Source: a virus
Taxonomy: Duplodnaviria; Caudoviricetes
DNA: 30,692 nt
IMG/VR virus record: IMGVR_UViG_3300042387_001262
Location: 1 to 30,692 of that record
Reading direction: 5' to 3' (one strand)
Shown here: positions 14,795 to 23,962 of the stretch, in pieces
How the letters are laid out: every line of letters starts with the position of its first letter
How positions within the stretch are numbered: position 1 is the stretch's first letter
Position numbers and translations under genes: made by a program
Notes under the pieces: generated by a model
What the model saw: the letters and a program-made list of their open reading frames with translations, nothing else
Told to the model about the DNA's origin: nothing
Databases searched by the model: none

Positions 14795-15742
14795 ATGCCA
14801 CTGACCACACTTCAACATCCAATGATGGCCTTCGACGGAGGGGCCTTGGGATTCCGTAACGCAATCATCAACGGGGACTGCCGCATCGCGCAGAGAGGCG
14901 GGGGCAGTATCGTCAACGGGTCTGTGGTGTACGCGGGATGCGACCGCATCTACGTCTACGCTGCAGGCTTCAGCGCCTTGAGTGGGTCGATCTACCAGTC
15001 AAGCGGATCGGCGACGTCCTCGACCTTCTGCCAGACCGCGAACATCACCAGCACGGGATCTGGAGTCGTCTCGTTCGGTCAGCGCATCGAGCAGAAGAAC
15101 TGCCAGCACTTCGCCGGCAAGACGGTCATCGTTTCAATGAAGGTGTACCAGGACAGTGGCGCGGCAGTCACCGCGGCCATCGGGCTCGGCAAGGCAGGTG
15201 CGGCGGACAACTTCAGCAGTGTGTCCACTCTCGGCGAGAGCACGGTCGGCAGCATTCCTTCGGCGACATGGGTCAGCATCAGCAAGAGTTTCGCGGTGAG
15301 CGCTTCGGACGTTGCCAACGGGATTGTGCCCTACATGGCGTTCACGGTGGGAGCGGTCACGAACAAGGGGTTCAACATCGCCGACTTCCAGATCGAGGTC
15401 GGGCCCGCTGCAACACCCTTCGAGACCAAGCCCTTGAGTTTGGAGTTGGCGCAGTGCCTGCGCTACCTGCAACCGGTGGGCGAGTTCGCCGGCAACTTCA
15501 TCACCACCACCGCGGTGCGCGGATCCATCCGCTACTTCGCGCCGATGCGCTCGGCGCCGATCCTCACCGCGGGGACGATGCAGGCAGAGGGCGTGAGCAA
15601 CCTCGCCATCTCTTCACCGTCGATCGCCAACGCAAGCTACCTGGCGGCGACGTTCAACGGGACCGTGACCGGCGCGACCGCAGGACAAGCGGCTCGAGTG
15701 GTCACGACCACAGGCAGTTCGTGGCTTTCCGCGGAACTGTAA
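14795..15742 (+). CDS. Virion/fibre protein with a carbohydrate-binding-like domain
   Basis: FRNAIINGDCRIAQRG start, QRIE, QIEVG..ATPFE....ELAQC.RY motifs common in phage tail proteins. Confidence 0.75.
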   Translation: MPLTTLQHPMMAFDGGALGFRNAIINGDCRIAQRGGGSIVNGSVVYAGCDRIYVYAAGFSALSGSIYQSSGSATSSTFCQTANITSTGSGVVSFGQRIEQKNCQHFAGKTVIVSMKVYQDSGAAVTAAIGLGKAGAADNFSSVSTLGESTVGSIPSATWVSISKSFAVSASDVANGIVPYMAFTVGAVTNKGFNIADFQIEVGPAATPFETKPLSLELAQCLRYLQPVGEFAGNFITTTAVRGSIRYFAPMRSAPILTAGTMQAEGVSNLAISSPSIANASYLAATFNGTVTGATAGQAARVVTTTGSSWLSAEL

Positions 15743-15752
15743 GTTTTTTGCA

Positions 15753-15784
15753 TGGACGGTTTTCAAACCATCTCACCACGCTGA
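15753..15784 (+). promoter_or_regulatory. Putative late promoter TGGACG-N18-CACGCTGA (copy 2)
   Basis: Identical boxes to 9378-9409 and 10 of 18 spacer positions shared; upstream of scaffold and capsid genes. Confidence 0.6.
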
Positions 15785-15793
15785 GAGAAAGCT

Positions 15794-16468
15794 ATGTCTG
15801 ACACCTTAATCGCCGGCTCTCAAGCTTCACTCACGAGCGGGCAAACCAGTGCTGACGGAACGAACCAAGCAACCCAGCAGGCCGCGGCGAGTGCCGATGG
15901 TCAAACGCAGGGACAGCAACAGTCCGCCACGTCAGCGGCCACAACCCAGAGCAATGCCACCAGTGGCAGTGCCCAGCAAACGCAGACCCAGAACCAAGCT
16001 TACGAGCTCAAGGTGCCTGAGGGTGCGAACCTGGACGCCTCATACCTCGAGCACACCAAGGCCCTGGCCAAGGAACTTGGACTCTCGCAGGAGGCAGCAC
16101 AGAAACTGGTCGAACGCGATGCGGGACTCATGTCCTCAGCAAGCGAGCGAAACATGGCCCAGGTGCGTGAGAAAACCGAACAGTGGGCAAAGGATGCCGA
16201 AGCCGACAAAGAGATCGGCGGGGGCAACTTTCAGTCGAGCGTGACCGACGCGAAAACCGCGTTGGATAAGTTCGGCACCCCCGAGTTCAAAAACCTGCTG
16301 AACCAGTCCGGGGTAGGGAATCATCCTGAGTTGATCAGGTTGCTTTCCCGGGTCGGTAAAGCCATGCGCGAGGACAAGATGGTGACCACATCATCCCAAC
16401 CCGCACGTGCCCAAAAGTCATTCGCCGAGGCTTTCTACCCGAGCATGTCGGCTAACAAATCAGAGTAA
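15794..16468 (+). CDS. Capsid scaffolding protein
   Basis: Low-complexity Q/T/S N-terminus, YELKVPEG, AKELGLSQEAAQKL, G.GNHPELIRLLSRVGKAMRED; immediately before the capsid gene. Confidence 0.85.
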   Translation: MSDTLIAGSQASLTSGQTSADGTNQATQQAAASADGQTQGQQQSATSAATTQSNATSGSAQQTQTQNQAYELKVPEGANLDASYLEHTKALAKELGLSQEAAQKLVERDAGLMSSASERNMAQVREKTEQWAKDAEADKEIGGGNFQSSVTDAKTALDKFGTPEFKNLLNQSGVGNHPELIRLLSRVGKAMREDKMVTTSSQPARAQKSFAEAFYPSMSANKSE

Positions 16469-16477
16469 CAACCTACT

Positions 16478-17473
16478 ATGGCAACACTTGCATCCAATGT
16501 GGCAACGCTCGCGGATCACGCGAAGCGCCTCGACCCAGACGGCAAAGTTCCGATGATCGTGGAACTTCTCCGTCAACGTAACTCGATCCTCGACGACATG
16601 TTGTGGAAGGAAGGGAATCTCCCGACCGGACACCGCACGACGGTTCGTACCGGTCTTCCGACCGTGACGGCACGCCGGCTCAACGAAGGGGTCGTTCCCT
16701 CGAAATCGACCACCGCTCAAATCGACGAGCAGTGCGCGATGTTCGAGGCAATCTCAGAAGTTGACGCTGACCTCGTCAAACTCAACGGCAACGACGCAGG
16801 CTTCCGCCTCTCAGAGGCTTCCGCCTTCATCGAAGCGATGAACCAGACGATGGCGCAGACGCTCTTCTACGGGAATGCCGGGATCACACCCGAGTACTTC
16901 ACCGGGTTCGCGCCTCGCTACGCTGCCCTGTCGGGAACCAACTCGCAGAACATCCTGAGCGCCGGTGGCGCCGGTTCGGACAACACGTCCATCTGGCTCA
17001 TCGCCTGGGGTGAGAACACGGTCAGCGGGATCTATCCCAAGGGCTCGAAAGCCGGCCTCATTCACGAGGACCTCGGTGAGCAGATGATCCAGACGGGAGT
17101 CGGGATCGGGACGGGGCGCATGAAGGCGTTCATTGACCGGTGGCAATGGAAGTGCGGGCTTGCCGTGCGCGACTGGCGCTACGCGGTTCGTATCGCCAAC
17201 ATCGACGTGAGCAACCTCGTGACGGAATCCGGTGCTGCCGACCTCATCAAGCTGATGATCAAGGCGATCCACCGCTTGCCGGATCTCTCCTCGGGACGTC
17301 CGGTGTTCTACTGCAACCGCACGGTGCGCGAGATGCTCGACATCCAGGCGCTCACCAAAGCGGCCTACCAGTTGAACATCGACAACGTGGACGGGAAACC
17401 GGTCACCAAGTTCCGCGGCATCCGCATCGAGACCTGCGACCAGATCCTCGAAACCGAATCCGTCGTCGCCTAA
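16478..17473 (+). CDS. Major capsid protein (BPP-1 Bbp17/epsilon15-like)
   Basis: 331 aa; N.ILDDM.W.EGNLPTGHRTTVRTGLP, GLAVRDWRYAVRIANID, FRGIRI..CDQIL.TE. Confidence 0.93.
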   Translation: MATLASNVATLADHAKRLDPDGKVPMIVELLRQRNSILDDMLWKEGNLPTGHRTTVRTGLPTVTARRLNEGVVPSKSTTAQIDEQCAMFEAISEVDADLVKLNGNDAGFRLSEASAFIEAMNQTMAQTLFYGNAGITPEYFTGFAPRYAALSGTNSQNILSAGGAGSDNTSIWLIAWGENTVSGIYPKGSKAGLIHEDLGEQMIQTGVGIGTGRMKAFIDRWQWKCGLAVRDWRYAVRIANIDVSNLVTESGAADLIKLMIKAIHRLPDLSSGRPVFYCNRTVREMLDIQALTKAAYQLNIDNVDGKPVTKFRGIRIETCDQILETESVVA

Positions 17474-17480
17474 CCCTAAC

Positions 17481-17500
17481 GCCCCCGGGCAACCGGGGGC
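17481..17500 (+). other. Perfect hairpin with a GCAA tetraloop after the capsid gene
   Basis: GCCCCCGG-GCAA-CCGGGGGC; no U tract. Confidence 0.7.
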
Positions 17501-17529
17501 ACAACCAACAATCCACAGAGAATCATCCT

Positions 17530-17982
17530 ATGATCTTCGACAGACAAAACATGTTCAGTGACGGGCAGCAAATCAGCGGCACGTCGGCAACCGGTTCAAC
17601 GGATTGCATCGACCTCGGTCCCTTCTACAGCGGAGTGGGCGGAGCGAACCTCGTGAAAGACCTCGGCGTGGGCGAAGACGTGTACCTGCAGGTGACTGCA
17701 TCGGGCGTGTCGGGCACCTCGCCAACGGTCACCATCGCGATTGAAACCGACGACAACGCGGCGTTCAGTTCGCCGGCAACGCTCGCCTCCTACGGGCCGA
17801 TTGCGCTGCCTGCTGCTGGCGGACACGTCTTCCACGTGTGCTTGCCATTCGGCGACTACCAGCAGTTCGTGCGCTTGAAGTTCACGCAGGGCGGGACATC
17901 CCCCGTGGCGACCTACAAGGCCGCACTGGTGCGTGGCGTTCAGGCGGTGCGCAACTACACGGACGCAATCGTCATCAGCTAA
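17530..17982 (+). CDS. Capsid cement/decoration protein (Bbp16-like)
   Basis: MIFD...FSD.Q......STD.IDLG...DLGVGEDVYL....TDDN..FSSP...FVRLKF; ATG at 17530. Confidence 0.8.
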   Translation: MIFDRQNMFSDGQQISGTSATGSTDCIDLGPFYSGVGGANLVKDLGVGEDVYLQVTASGVSGTSPTVTIAIETDDNAAFSSPATLASYGPIALPAAGGHVFHVCLPFGDYQQFVRLKFTQGGTSPVATYKAALVRGVQAVRNYTDAIVIS

Positions 17983-17991
17983 GGCTAGGCC

Positions 17992-18189
17992 ATGTCACAC
18001 GTTCGCGTCAGAGTCAAACGGGCCGGGTTCATCGGCAACCAGTTACGACGCCCCGGCGACGAGCTCACGCTCGCCGACGAGAAGTTCGTCAGCAAGGTGT
18101 GGATGGAGATCATCCCCATGCCGAAAGCGGAATCTCCCGCGCCCGAACCGGACGCGAGCGAGGACCCCAAACCGAAGCGCAACAAGTAG
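17992..18189 (+). CDS. Small virion-associated hypothetical protein
   Basis: VRVKRAGFIGNQLRRPGDE.......W.E pattern typical of the gene after the cement protein. Confidence 0.7.
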   Translation: MSHVRVRVKRAGFIGNQLRRPGDELTLADEKFVSKVWMEIIPMPKAESPAPEPDASEDPKPKRNK

Positions 18190-18195
18190 TCGAGG

Positions 18196-18215
18196 GGGGC
18201 GGGGAAACCCGCCCC
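18196..18215 (+). other. Hairpin with a GAAA tetraloop before the tail adaptor gene
   Basis: GGGGCGGG-GAAA-CCCGCCCC followed by a pyrimidine run. Confidence 0.6.
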
Positions 18216-18225
18216 TCTTCCTTCT

Positions 18226-18903
18226 ATGGCCACATCCATCGTTCAGATCTGCAACACCGCTCTCGCCCGGATCGGCGTGGCGACGTTCATCGACTCCATC
18301 AACGAGGCTTCGCAGGAAGCGCAGGTGTGCAAGCTTCTCTACGAGCAATGCCGCGACCGCGTGCTGCGCGAGGTGCATTGGCCATTCGCACGCGCCTTCG
18401 CCACGCTCGCCCTGGTGAGCGGCAACGAGGGCAAACCGTGGACGAACGAGTGGCAGTACGCCTACCGCTACCCCACGGACGCGGTGGTGGTGCGACGGGT
18501 GCTCACGCCACTGGGGCCCCGGCAGGCGATTGCAGAACCCTTCGACGTGGGCCAGGACGCATCGGGCCGGCTCATCTTCGCCAACATGAAGGACGCGGCC
18601 ATCGAGTACACCAAGCGGGTGGAAGACCCCGCGCAGTTCGATCCCTCGTTCACTTCAGCCCTCTGCTGGCTACTGGCCGCGGAGATCTCGATGCCCCTGT
18701 CGGCAGTGGACGGACTGCGCAAGCAGGCGCTGCAGATGTACCAGGCCGAACGCGGGATTGCCGAGCGCATCTCGTTCAACGAATCCGAGCCGGTGCGCGA
18801 CATCGACACCGAGTTCCTCAACACCCGGGGCTACGCCTCGAACAACTTTGCTGGGGATGATGCCGTGAGCAAACTCTTCCCCAGCGGCTTCACTGTTTCC
18901 TGA
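18226..18903 (+). CDS. Tail tubular protein A / head-tail adaptor
   Basis: S.VQICN.AL.RIG...I.SI.E.S.EA..C...Y...RD..L...W.FA; W.YAY.YP.D; FDP.F..AL...LA. Confidence 0.88.
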   Translation: MATSIVQICNTALARIGVATFIDSINEASQEAQVCKLLYEQCRDRVLREVHWPFARAFATLALVSGNEGKPWTNEWQYAYRYPTDAVVVRRVLTPLGPRQAIAEPFDVGQDASGRLIFANMKDAAIEYTKRVEDPAQFDPSFTSALCWLLAAEISMPLSAVDGLRKQALQMYQAERGIAERISFNESEPVRDIDTEFLNTRGYASNNFAGDDAVSKLFPSGFTVS

Positions 18904-21635
18904 TGCCAAGCAACATCCAACGCTCATTCGCCGGCGGGGAGATTGCCCCCGCGTTGTACGGTCGATCCGACCAAGGCAAGTACCAGTCCGGGCTTCGCCG
19001 GTGCGAGAACTTCACGGTGATGCGCCACGGCGGTGTCAGCAATCGCCCGGGCACCAAGTACATCGCGCAGGTCAAAGACAGCAACCGCAAGGTCCGGCTG
19101 ATGAAGTTCGTCTTCAACGCGCAGCAGACCTACGTGCTCGAGTTCGGGCACGAATACATCCGCGTCATCAAAGACGGTGTGCAACTGACCTCAGGTGGAA
19201 GCCCTTACGAGATTGCAAGCCCCTATCAAGAGGAGCACCTGCGCGACATCCAGTACGTGCAGTCGGCAGATGTCATCACGCTTGTGCATCCCAACTACGC
19301 CCCGCGCACGCTCTCGCGCACCGGCGACACCTCGTGGACGCTCGCCCAGATCACCTACGCCCCGAGCATCACGCCGCCGAGCAAGGTGGTCATCAACGGC
19401 ACGGCAGGCAACGCGAGCAGCTACGTGGTCACCTGCGTGAAGGAGTTGACCTACGAGGAATCACTGCCGAGCGACCCTGTCGGCAACACCAACGCAACGG
19501 CATCGACCTCGAACAAGAACACGATCACCGTGGGCGCCACCAAGGGCATCTACGAGTTCAACGTCTACAAGCGCATCAACGGGGTGTACGGCTACGTTGG
19601 CACCACGCGCCCCTTGGACAACAAGATGATCGTGGACTACGAGCGCAGGACGCGAGTCAGTGCGCCGACGGCAAACGGCATCTTCTTCACGCTCCCGGAT
19701 AACCACGGCTACCTGGTCAACGAATACTTGGTCATCGCCGATGCGACCAACACCGAGCTCAACAACCCGGCGTCGTCCTACCGAATCTACTCGGTCAACG
19801 GCAACGTCGTAGAGATCTCGGACGCCATCGGCGGAACGGGGCCTGTTAGCGGCGTGGCGACGGTTGGCAATCGGCTCACCCGGACGGCGACCACAGTCAC
19901 CATGAACTTCCCGACCGGGCACGAGTACAACGCAGGCGAACCGCTCTTCCTCAGCGGATCCTACCTGAGCGGGCAGTTCACCGTGCTCACCTCCGCAGCC
20001 AACTCCATCACCTTTGCCAACCCCGATTCCACCAAGCTCACGCAGGGCAGTGCCGTCGTGGCGATGAACTCGACCTTCGTGGACGATGGCATCTCGGCAG
20101 ACACTACCGACACGCCTCCGCAGGCGCGTGACCCGTTCCCAACCTCGGGCAACTACCCGGCCACGGTGTCCTACTTCCAGCAGCGCTCGGTGTTCGCCAG
20201 CACCACCAACGAACCGGAAAAGGTGTGGCTCTCGCGCACGGGCAACTTCAAGAACTTCTCCATCCGCTCGCCGCTCCAGGACGACGATGCCATCACCTTC
20301 ACCATCGCCGGCAGGCAGGTGAACGAGGTGCGCCACCTCATCGAGGTCGGCCAGATGCTCATCCTCACCTCTGGCGGGGAATGGCGCGTGATGGGCGACT
20401 CGGACGGGGTGATCAAACCCGCGGCCATCAATCTCAAGCAGGAAGGCTACTCGGGCGCGGCCAAGATCACGCCCATCGTAATCGGCAACAACGCCCTGTA
20501 CATCCAGGCCCGGGGCAACATCGCACGCGACCTGCGCTACGACCTGCAGACCGATGGCTACAACGGGCGAGACTTAACCGTGTTCGCCGCCCACATGTTC
20601 GACGGGTATCAGTTGGTGACGTGGGACTACGCTCAGATCCCGCACTCCATTGTGTGGACGGTACGCGATGACGGGGTGCTCCTGGGGCTCACCTACGTGC
20701 GCGAGCACGACGTGTGGGGGTGGCACCGTCACACCACGGACGGGGTGTTCGAGGACGTCGTATGCGTCCCGGAGGGGACCGAGGACGCCGTCTACGTGGT
20801 GGTGCGCCGCAGTCTCAACGGGGTGCCGGTACGCTACATCGAGCGCTTTGCCCCGCGCTACACCTCGCAGATGATCGACTTGGCACGCGATGCGTTCTTC
20901 GTCGATTGCGGTGCCACCTACGACGGGCTCAACACCGATTCCACGCACACCCTGACGGTGAGCGCTGGGACCGGCACGAGCGTGCGCGATGACATGTTCA
21001 TCGACGCGAACAAGGACACGTTCACCCCCTACAGTGTGGGCGATGCGTTCCAGGTTGGCGGAATACGATTCAAGGTCATCGAGTTCATCGACGAGCGCAG
21101 AGTGAAGGTGCTCCCCTCTCAGGACGTTGCGAGCGTGCCGCTTGTCTCCAGCCAGTGGACGCGCATGGTGGACTCTTTGTCCGGACTCGACCACCTCGAG
21201 GGCAAGGAGGTCGCCATCCTCGCTGACGGGGACGTGCATCCTTCGCGCACCGTGATCGAGGGCAGCATCACGCTGAACCGCCCGTGCGGGGTGGTCCACG
21301 TGGGGCTCGCCTACACCTCGACGATTCAGACTCTCGCCATCGACAACCCGGGCGGTGAGACGCTCTTCGACAAGAACAAGATCGTCTCCAAGGTCTCCAT
21401 GCTCGTGGAGTCTTCCCGCGGCATCTACGCCGGCCCCGACGAGGCGCATCTGCGCGAACACAAGCAGAGAAAGCTCGAGGACTACGGGGAGCCCACGCGG
21501 CTCACCACGGGCCTGGTGGAGATTCAGACGGTGGCGCAGTGGGACAAGCAGGGCCTGGTGATGGTGCAGCAGAAAGATCCGTTGCCCATCTCCGTCTTGG
21601 CAGTTGTCCCGCAGGTGTCCGTGTCATCAAGATAG
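18903..21635 (+). CDS. Tail tubular protein B / nozzle
   Basis: QRSFAGGEIAP.L.GR.D, N......GGV..RPGT, QSADV...HP, YP..V.YFQQR, EHDV.GWHRH.TDG, GLDHLEG.EV.ILADG. Confidence 0.9.
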   Translation: MPSNIQRSFAGGEIAPALYGRSDQGKYQSGLRRCENFTVMRHGGVSNRPGTKYIAQVKDSNRKVRLMKFVFNAQQTYVLEFGHEYIRVIKDGVQLTSGGSPYEIASPYQEEHLRDIQYVQSADVITLVHPNYAPRTLSRTGDTSWTLAQITYAPSITPPSKVVINGTAGNASSYVVTCVKELTYEESLPSDPVGNTNATASTSNKNTITVGATKGIYEFNVYKRINGVYGYVGTTRPLDNKMIVDYERRTRVSAPTANGIFFTLPDNHGYLVNEYLVIADATNTELNNPASSYRIYSVNGNVVEISDAIGGTGPVSGVATVGNRLTRTATTVTMNFPTGHEYNAGEPLFLSGSYLSGQFTVLTSAANSITFANPDSTKLTQGSAVVAMNSTFVDDGISADTTDTPPQARDPFPTSGNYPATVSYFQQRSVFASTTNEPEKVWLSRTGNFKNFSIRSPLQDDDAITFTIAGRQVNEVRHLIEVGQMLILTSGGEWRVMGDSDGVIKPAAINLKQEGYSGAAKITPIVIGNNALYIQARGNIARDLRYDLQTDGYNGRDLTVFAAHMFDGYQLVTWDYAQIPHSIVWTVRDDGVLLGLTYVREHDVWGWHRHTTDGVFEDVVCVPEGTEDAVYVVVRRSLNGVPVRYIERFAPRYTSQMIDLARDAFFVDCGATYDGLNTDSTHTLTVSAGTGTSVRDDMFIDANKDTFTPYSVGDAFQVGGIRFKVIEFIDERRVKVLPSQDVASVPLVSSQWTRMVDSLSGLDHLEGKEVAILADGDVHPSRTVIEGSITLNRPCGVVHVGLAYTSTIQTLAIDNPGGETLFDKNKIVSKVSMLVESSRGIYAGPDEAHLREHKQRKLEDYGEPTRLTTGLVEIQTVAQWDKQGLVMVQQKDPLPISVLAVVPQVSVSSR

Positions 21636-21645
21636 GAGAACCACT

Positions 21646-22155
21646 ATGGCAGCATCAGGCGGAGGATCATCAGCAGCAGCAGGGATTCAGGCGGCAGGCA
21701 CGGCGTTTAGCGCCGTGTCGTCGTACTACCAAGGCAAGTGGGCCAAGCAGCTTGCCAACTACAACGCGAAGGTTGCCAAGATGCAAGGGCAGTACGCCCT
21801 GGAGCGTGGCGAGCAGATGGGCACGCGTCAGCGCATGGCCACCGGTCAGTTGCGTGGCGCCCAGCGTGTGGCCTATGCCGGCCAGAACGTGCTGCTCGAC
21901 GATGGCACTGCCGCGCAGGCGAACGAGCAAGCCGCCTACTGGGGCGAGATTGACGCCATCACGGTGCGCAACAACGCAGCGCTCGAGGCGTGGGGCTACA
22001 AGCAGGCCGCGGTGAACAGCGTGCTCAGTGGTCAGATGTCGATGGCGCAGGGCATGGCCAACGCCACGGGCACGATCCTGGGCGGGGCAGGGCGCATTGC
22101 CAGTTCATACGAAGGATCGAGCAGCGCATCCAGTGGCAGCAGTGGCGGTGGATAA
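21646..22155 (+). CDS. Internal virion (ejection) protein, T7 gp14-like position
   Basis: Ala/Gly/Gln-rich; G.QR..YA...V..D.G.A........D..T.R.NA..EAWG; SD AGGAG. Confidence 0.75.
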   Translation: MAASGGGSSAAAGIQAAGTAFSAVSSYYQGKWAKQLANYNAKVAKMQGQYALERGEQMGTRQRMATGQLRGAQRVAYAGQNVLLDDGTAAQANEQAAYWGEIDAITVRNNAALEAWGYKQAAVNSVLSGQMSMAQGMANATGTILGGAGRIASSYEGSSSASSGSSGGG

Positions 22156-22180
22156 GAACCTTAAGGACTAGAGATTTCGT

Positions 22181-23962
22181 ATGCCAACCGCACCACTTTA
22201 CAACGGACCGCAAGTCACCCCGGGGCAGTTCTCCGGTGGGCAACTTTCCACCAACGTCGCCGACATGTCGGCCATCGGGCGCGGCATCTCGCAACTGGGC
22301 GAGGGGCTTGGCCAGATGTGGGAGCAGGAGAAGCGCAAGGCCGAGGACGAGCAACTCACGCAGGCGCTTTCCAAGGCACGCGAACTTCAGACCGCCGAAC
22401 TGTACGACCCCCAGGATGGGATCATGTACAAGCAGGGGGGCGACCTGTTCGGGATCGCCTCCGACCGGCTCAACGGGTTTCGCCAGAAACTGAGCGGCAT
22501 CCGCGAAACGCTGGGCAGCGTGCGCGTGAAAAGCCAGTTCGACCGTGCTTCCGATTCGCTCTGGCAGGAGTACAACCGCTCGGTCCAGTTGCGCGTGGGA
22601 TCCGAGCGGGAGAAGACCTCGGAAGCGGTGATGGACGGCTACGTCCGTCAAGAGGTCAACTCGGTATCGACCAACCTGCAGAACAACTTCGAAGCGACCG
22701 TCCCGCACAAGGCAGACGGAGCGCCCGATTTCACCGCCATCGACGATTCGCTGCTTCGCATCGACCTGTCGGTGAAGGACCGCGTGCAGAACGACCCGGG
22801 CGGATTCCCCGAGGGACGTGAAGCCGCGGCACGCAACCTGTCGGAGAAGAAGAAGGGCGAGGCCGTCAAACTCTACATCGACACGGCATTGGCTCAGGGC
22901 AAGACCGCCGAGGCCAAAGCGATGGTGGAGCGCTACGGGGACCTGATTCCGCTCGAGTTCAAGCCCGGGGTGATCAAGGCAGTGGAAGCGGGGACCGTTG
23001 CCGACGAAGCGCAGCAGGGCACCGACGACATCATGTTCGCGGTGGACATCCCGCAAATCAGCCTCACCGAGCAGGAGAAGCAGGCCAACGCACTCATCGC
23101 AAAGCGCTACAGCAAGGACGCGAAGATGCGCGATGAGGTGCAAAAGCGTGTCACCGCGGAGTTCAACCGGCGCAACGCCTTGCACCAGCAAAGCGTGCAG
23201 GACAGCTACAAGGACTACTACGAGCGCTTGAACAAGGGGGAGAAGATCGACCGGCTTATCAAGGAACCTCGCTTCCACACGATGGACCCGGCGCATCAGG
23301 AGATGGTCAAGAAGTTCGCCGAGGAGAAGGAGGCCGGCAAGGACCTGGGCAAGGACCTTGGGAAGATCTACCGCTTCCAGCAGCTTGCCTACAGCAACGA
23401 CGAGCGGGTGCGCGACTCGTTTCGCACGATGGACTTGGCCAAGCAGGGACTCACGCCCAAGGAGTTCGACGAGCTCTCCAAGATTCAGATCCAGCTACAG
23501 AAGGCGCACTTGGACGAGAACGCCAAAGTCGAGTACGAGAGCATCCGCAACGTCCACGAGATTTCCGAGGACGCTGCACGGGTCGCCGGGTTTGCCGACA
23601 AGAGTCAAGAGAAGTACGACTTCCAGAAGCGCCTTGAAGAGCGGGTGCGCGAAGTAGAAAAGCGCAGCGGCAAGAAGGTGGTGCCCGAGGACGTGCAGAA
23701 GATGGCCGACGAGTTGTTGCTCAAGAAGGCCGAAGGGATGCTCTCCCGCGACAAGTACCTCTTCCAGCTAACCCCTGAGGAACTGAACGACCCTCAAGGC
23801 AAGATTGCGTGGGACAAAATCCCCGATGCCGACAAGAATCGGATACGCACGCAGTGGCAGAAGTCGAAGGGTAAGACTCCAGAAAAGGAGGACATCCAGC
23901 GCTTCTACTTCAATGAAATCCGCCTGCGTCAGCAAACCCGAGGCATCAAGTTCCAACAGTAA
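22181..23962 (+). CDS. Internal virion (ejection) protein, gp15-like position
   Basis: 593 aa, predicted helical and charged; MP..P.Y start; sits between the gp14-like gene and the giant protein. Confidence 0.7.
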   Translation: MPTAPLYNGPQVTPGQFSGGQLSTNVADMSAIGRGISQLGEGLGQMWEQEKRKAEDEQLTQALSKARELQTAELYDPQDGIMYKQGGDLFGIASDRLNGFRQKLSGIRETLGSVRVKSQFDRASDSLWQEYNRSVQLRVGSEREKTSEAVMDGYVRQEVNSVSTNLQNNFEATVPHKADGAPDFTAIDDSLLRIDLSVKDRVQNDPGGFPEGREAAARNLSEKKKGEAVKLYIDTALAQGKTAEAKAMVERYGDLIPLEFKPGVIKAVEAGTVADEAQQGTDDIMFAVDIPQISLTEQEKQANALIAKRYSKDAKMRDEVQKRVTAEFNRRNALHQQSVQDSYKDYYERLNKGEKIDRLIKEPRFHTMDPAHQEMVKKFAEEKEAGKDLGKDLGKIYRFQQLAYSNDERVRDSFRTMDLAKQGLTPKEFDELSKIQIQLQKAHLDENAKVEYESIRNVHEISEDAARVAGFADKSQEKYDFQKRLEERVREVEKRSGKKVVPEDVQKMADELLLKKAEGMLSRDKYLFQLTPEELNDPQGKIAWDKIPDADKNRIRTQWQKSKGKTPEKEDIQRFYFNEIRLRQQTRGIKFQQ

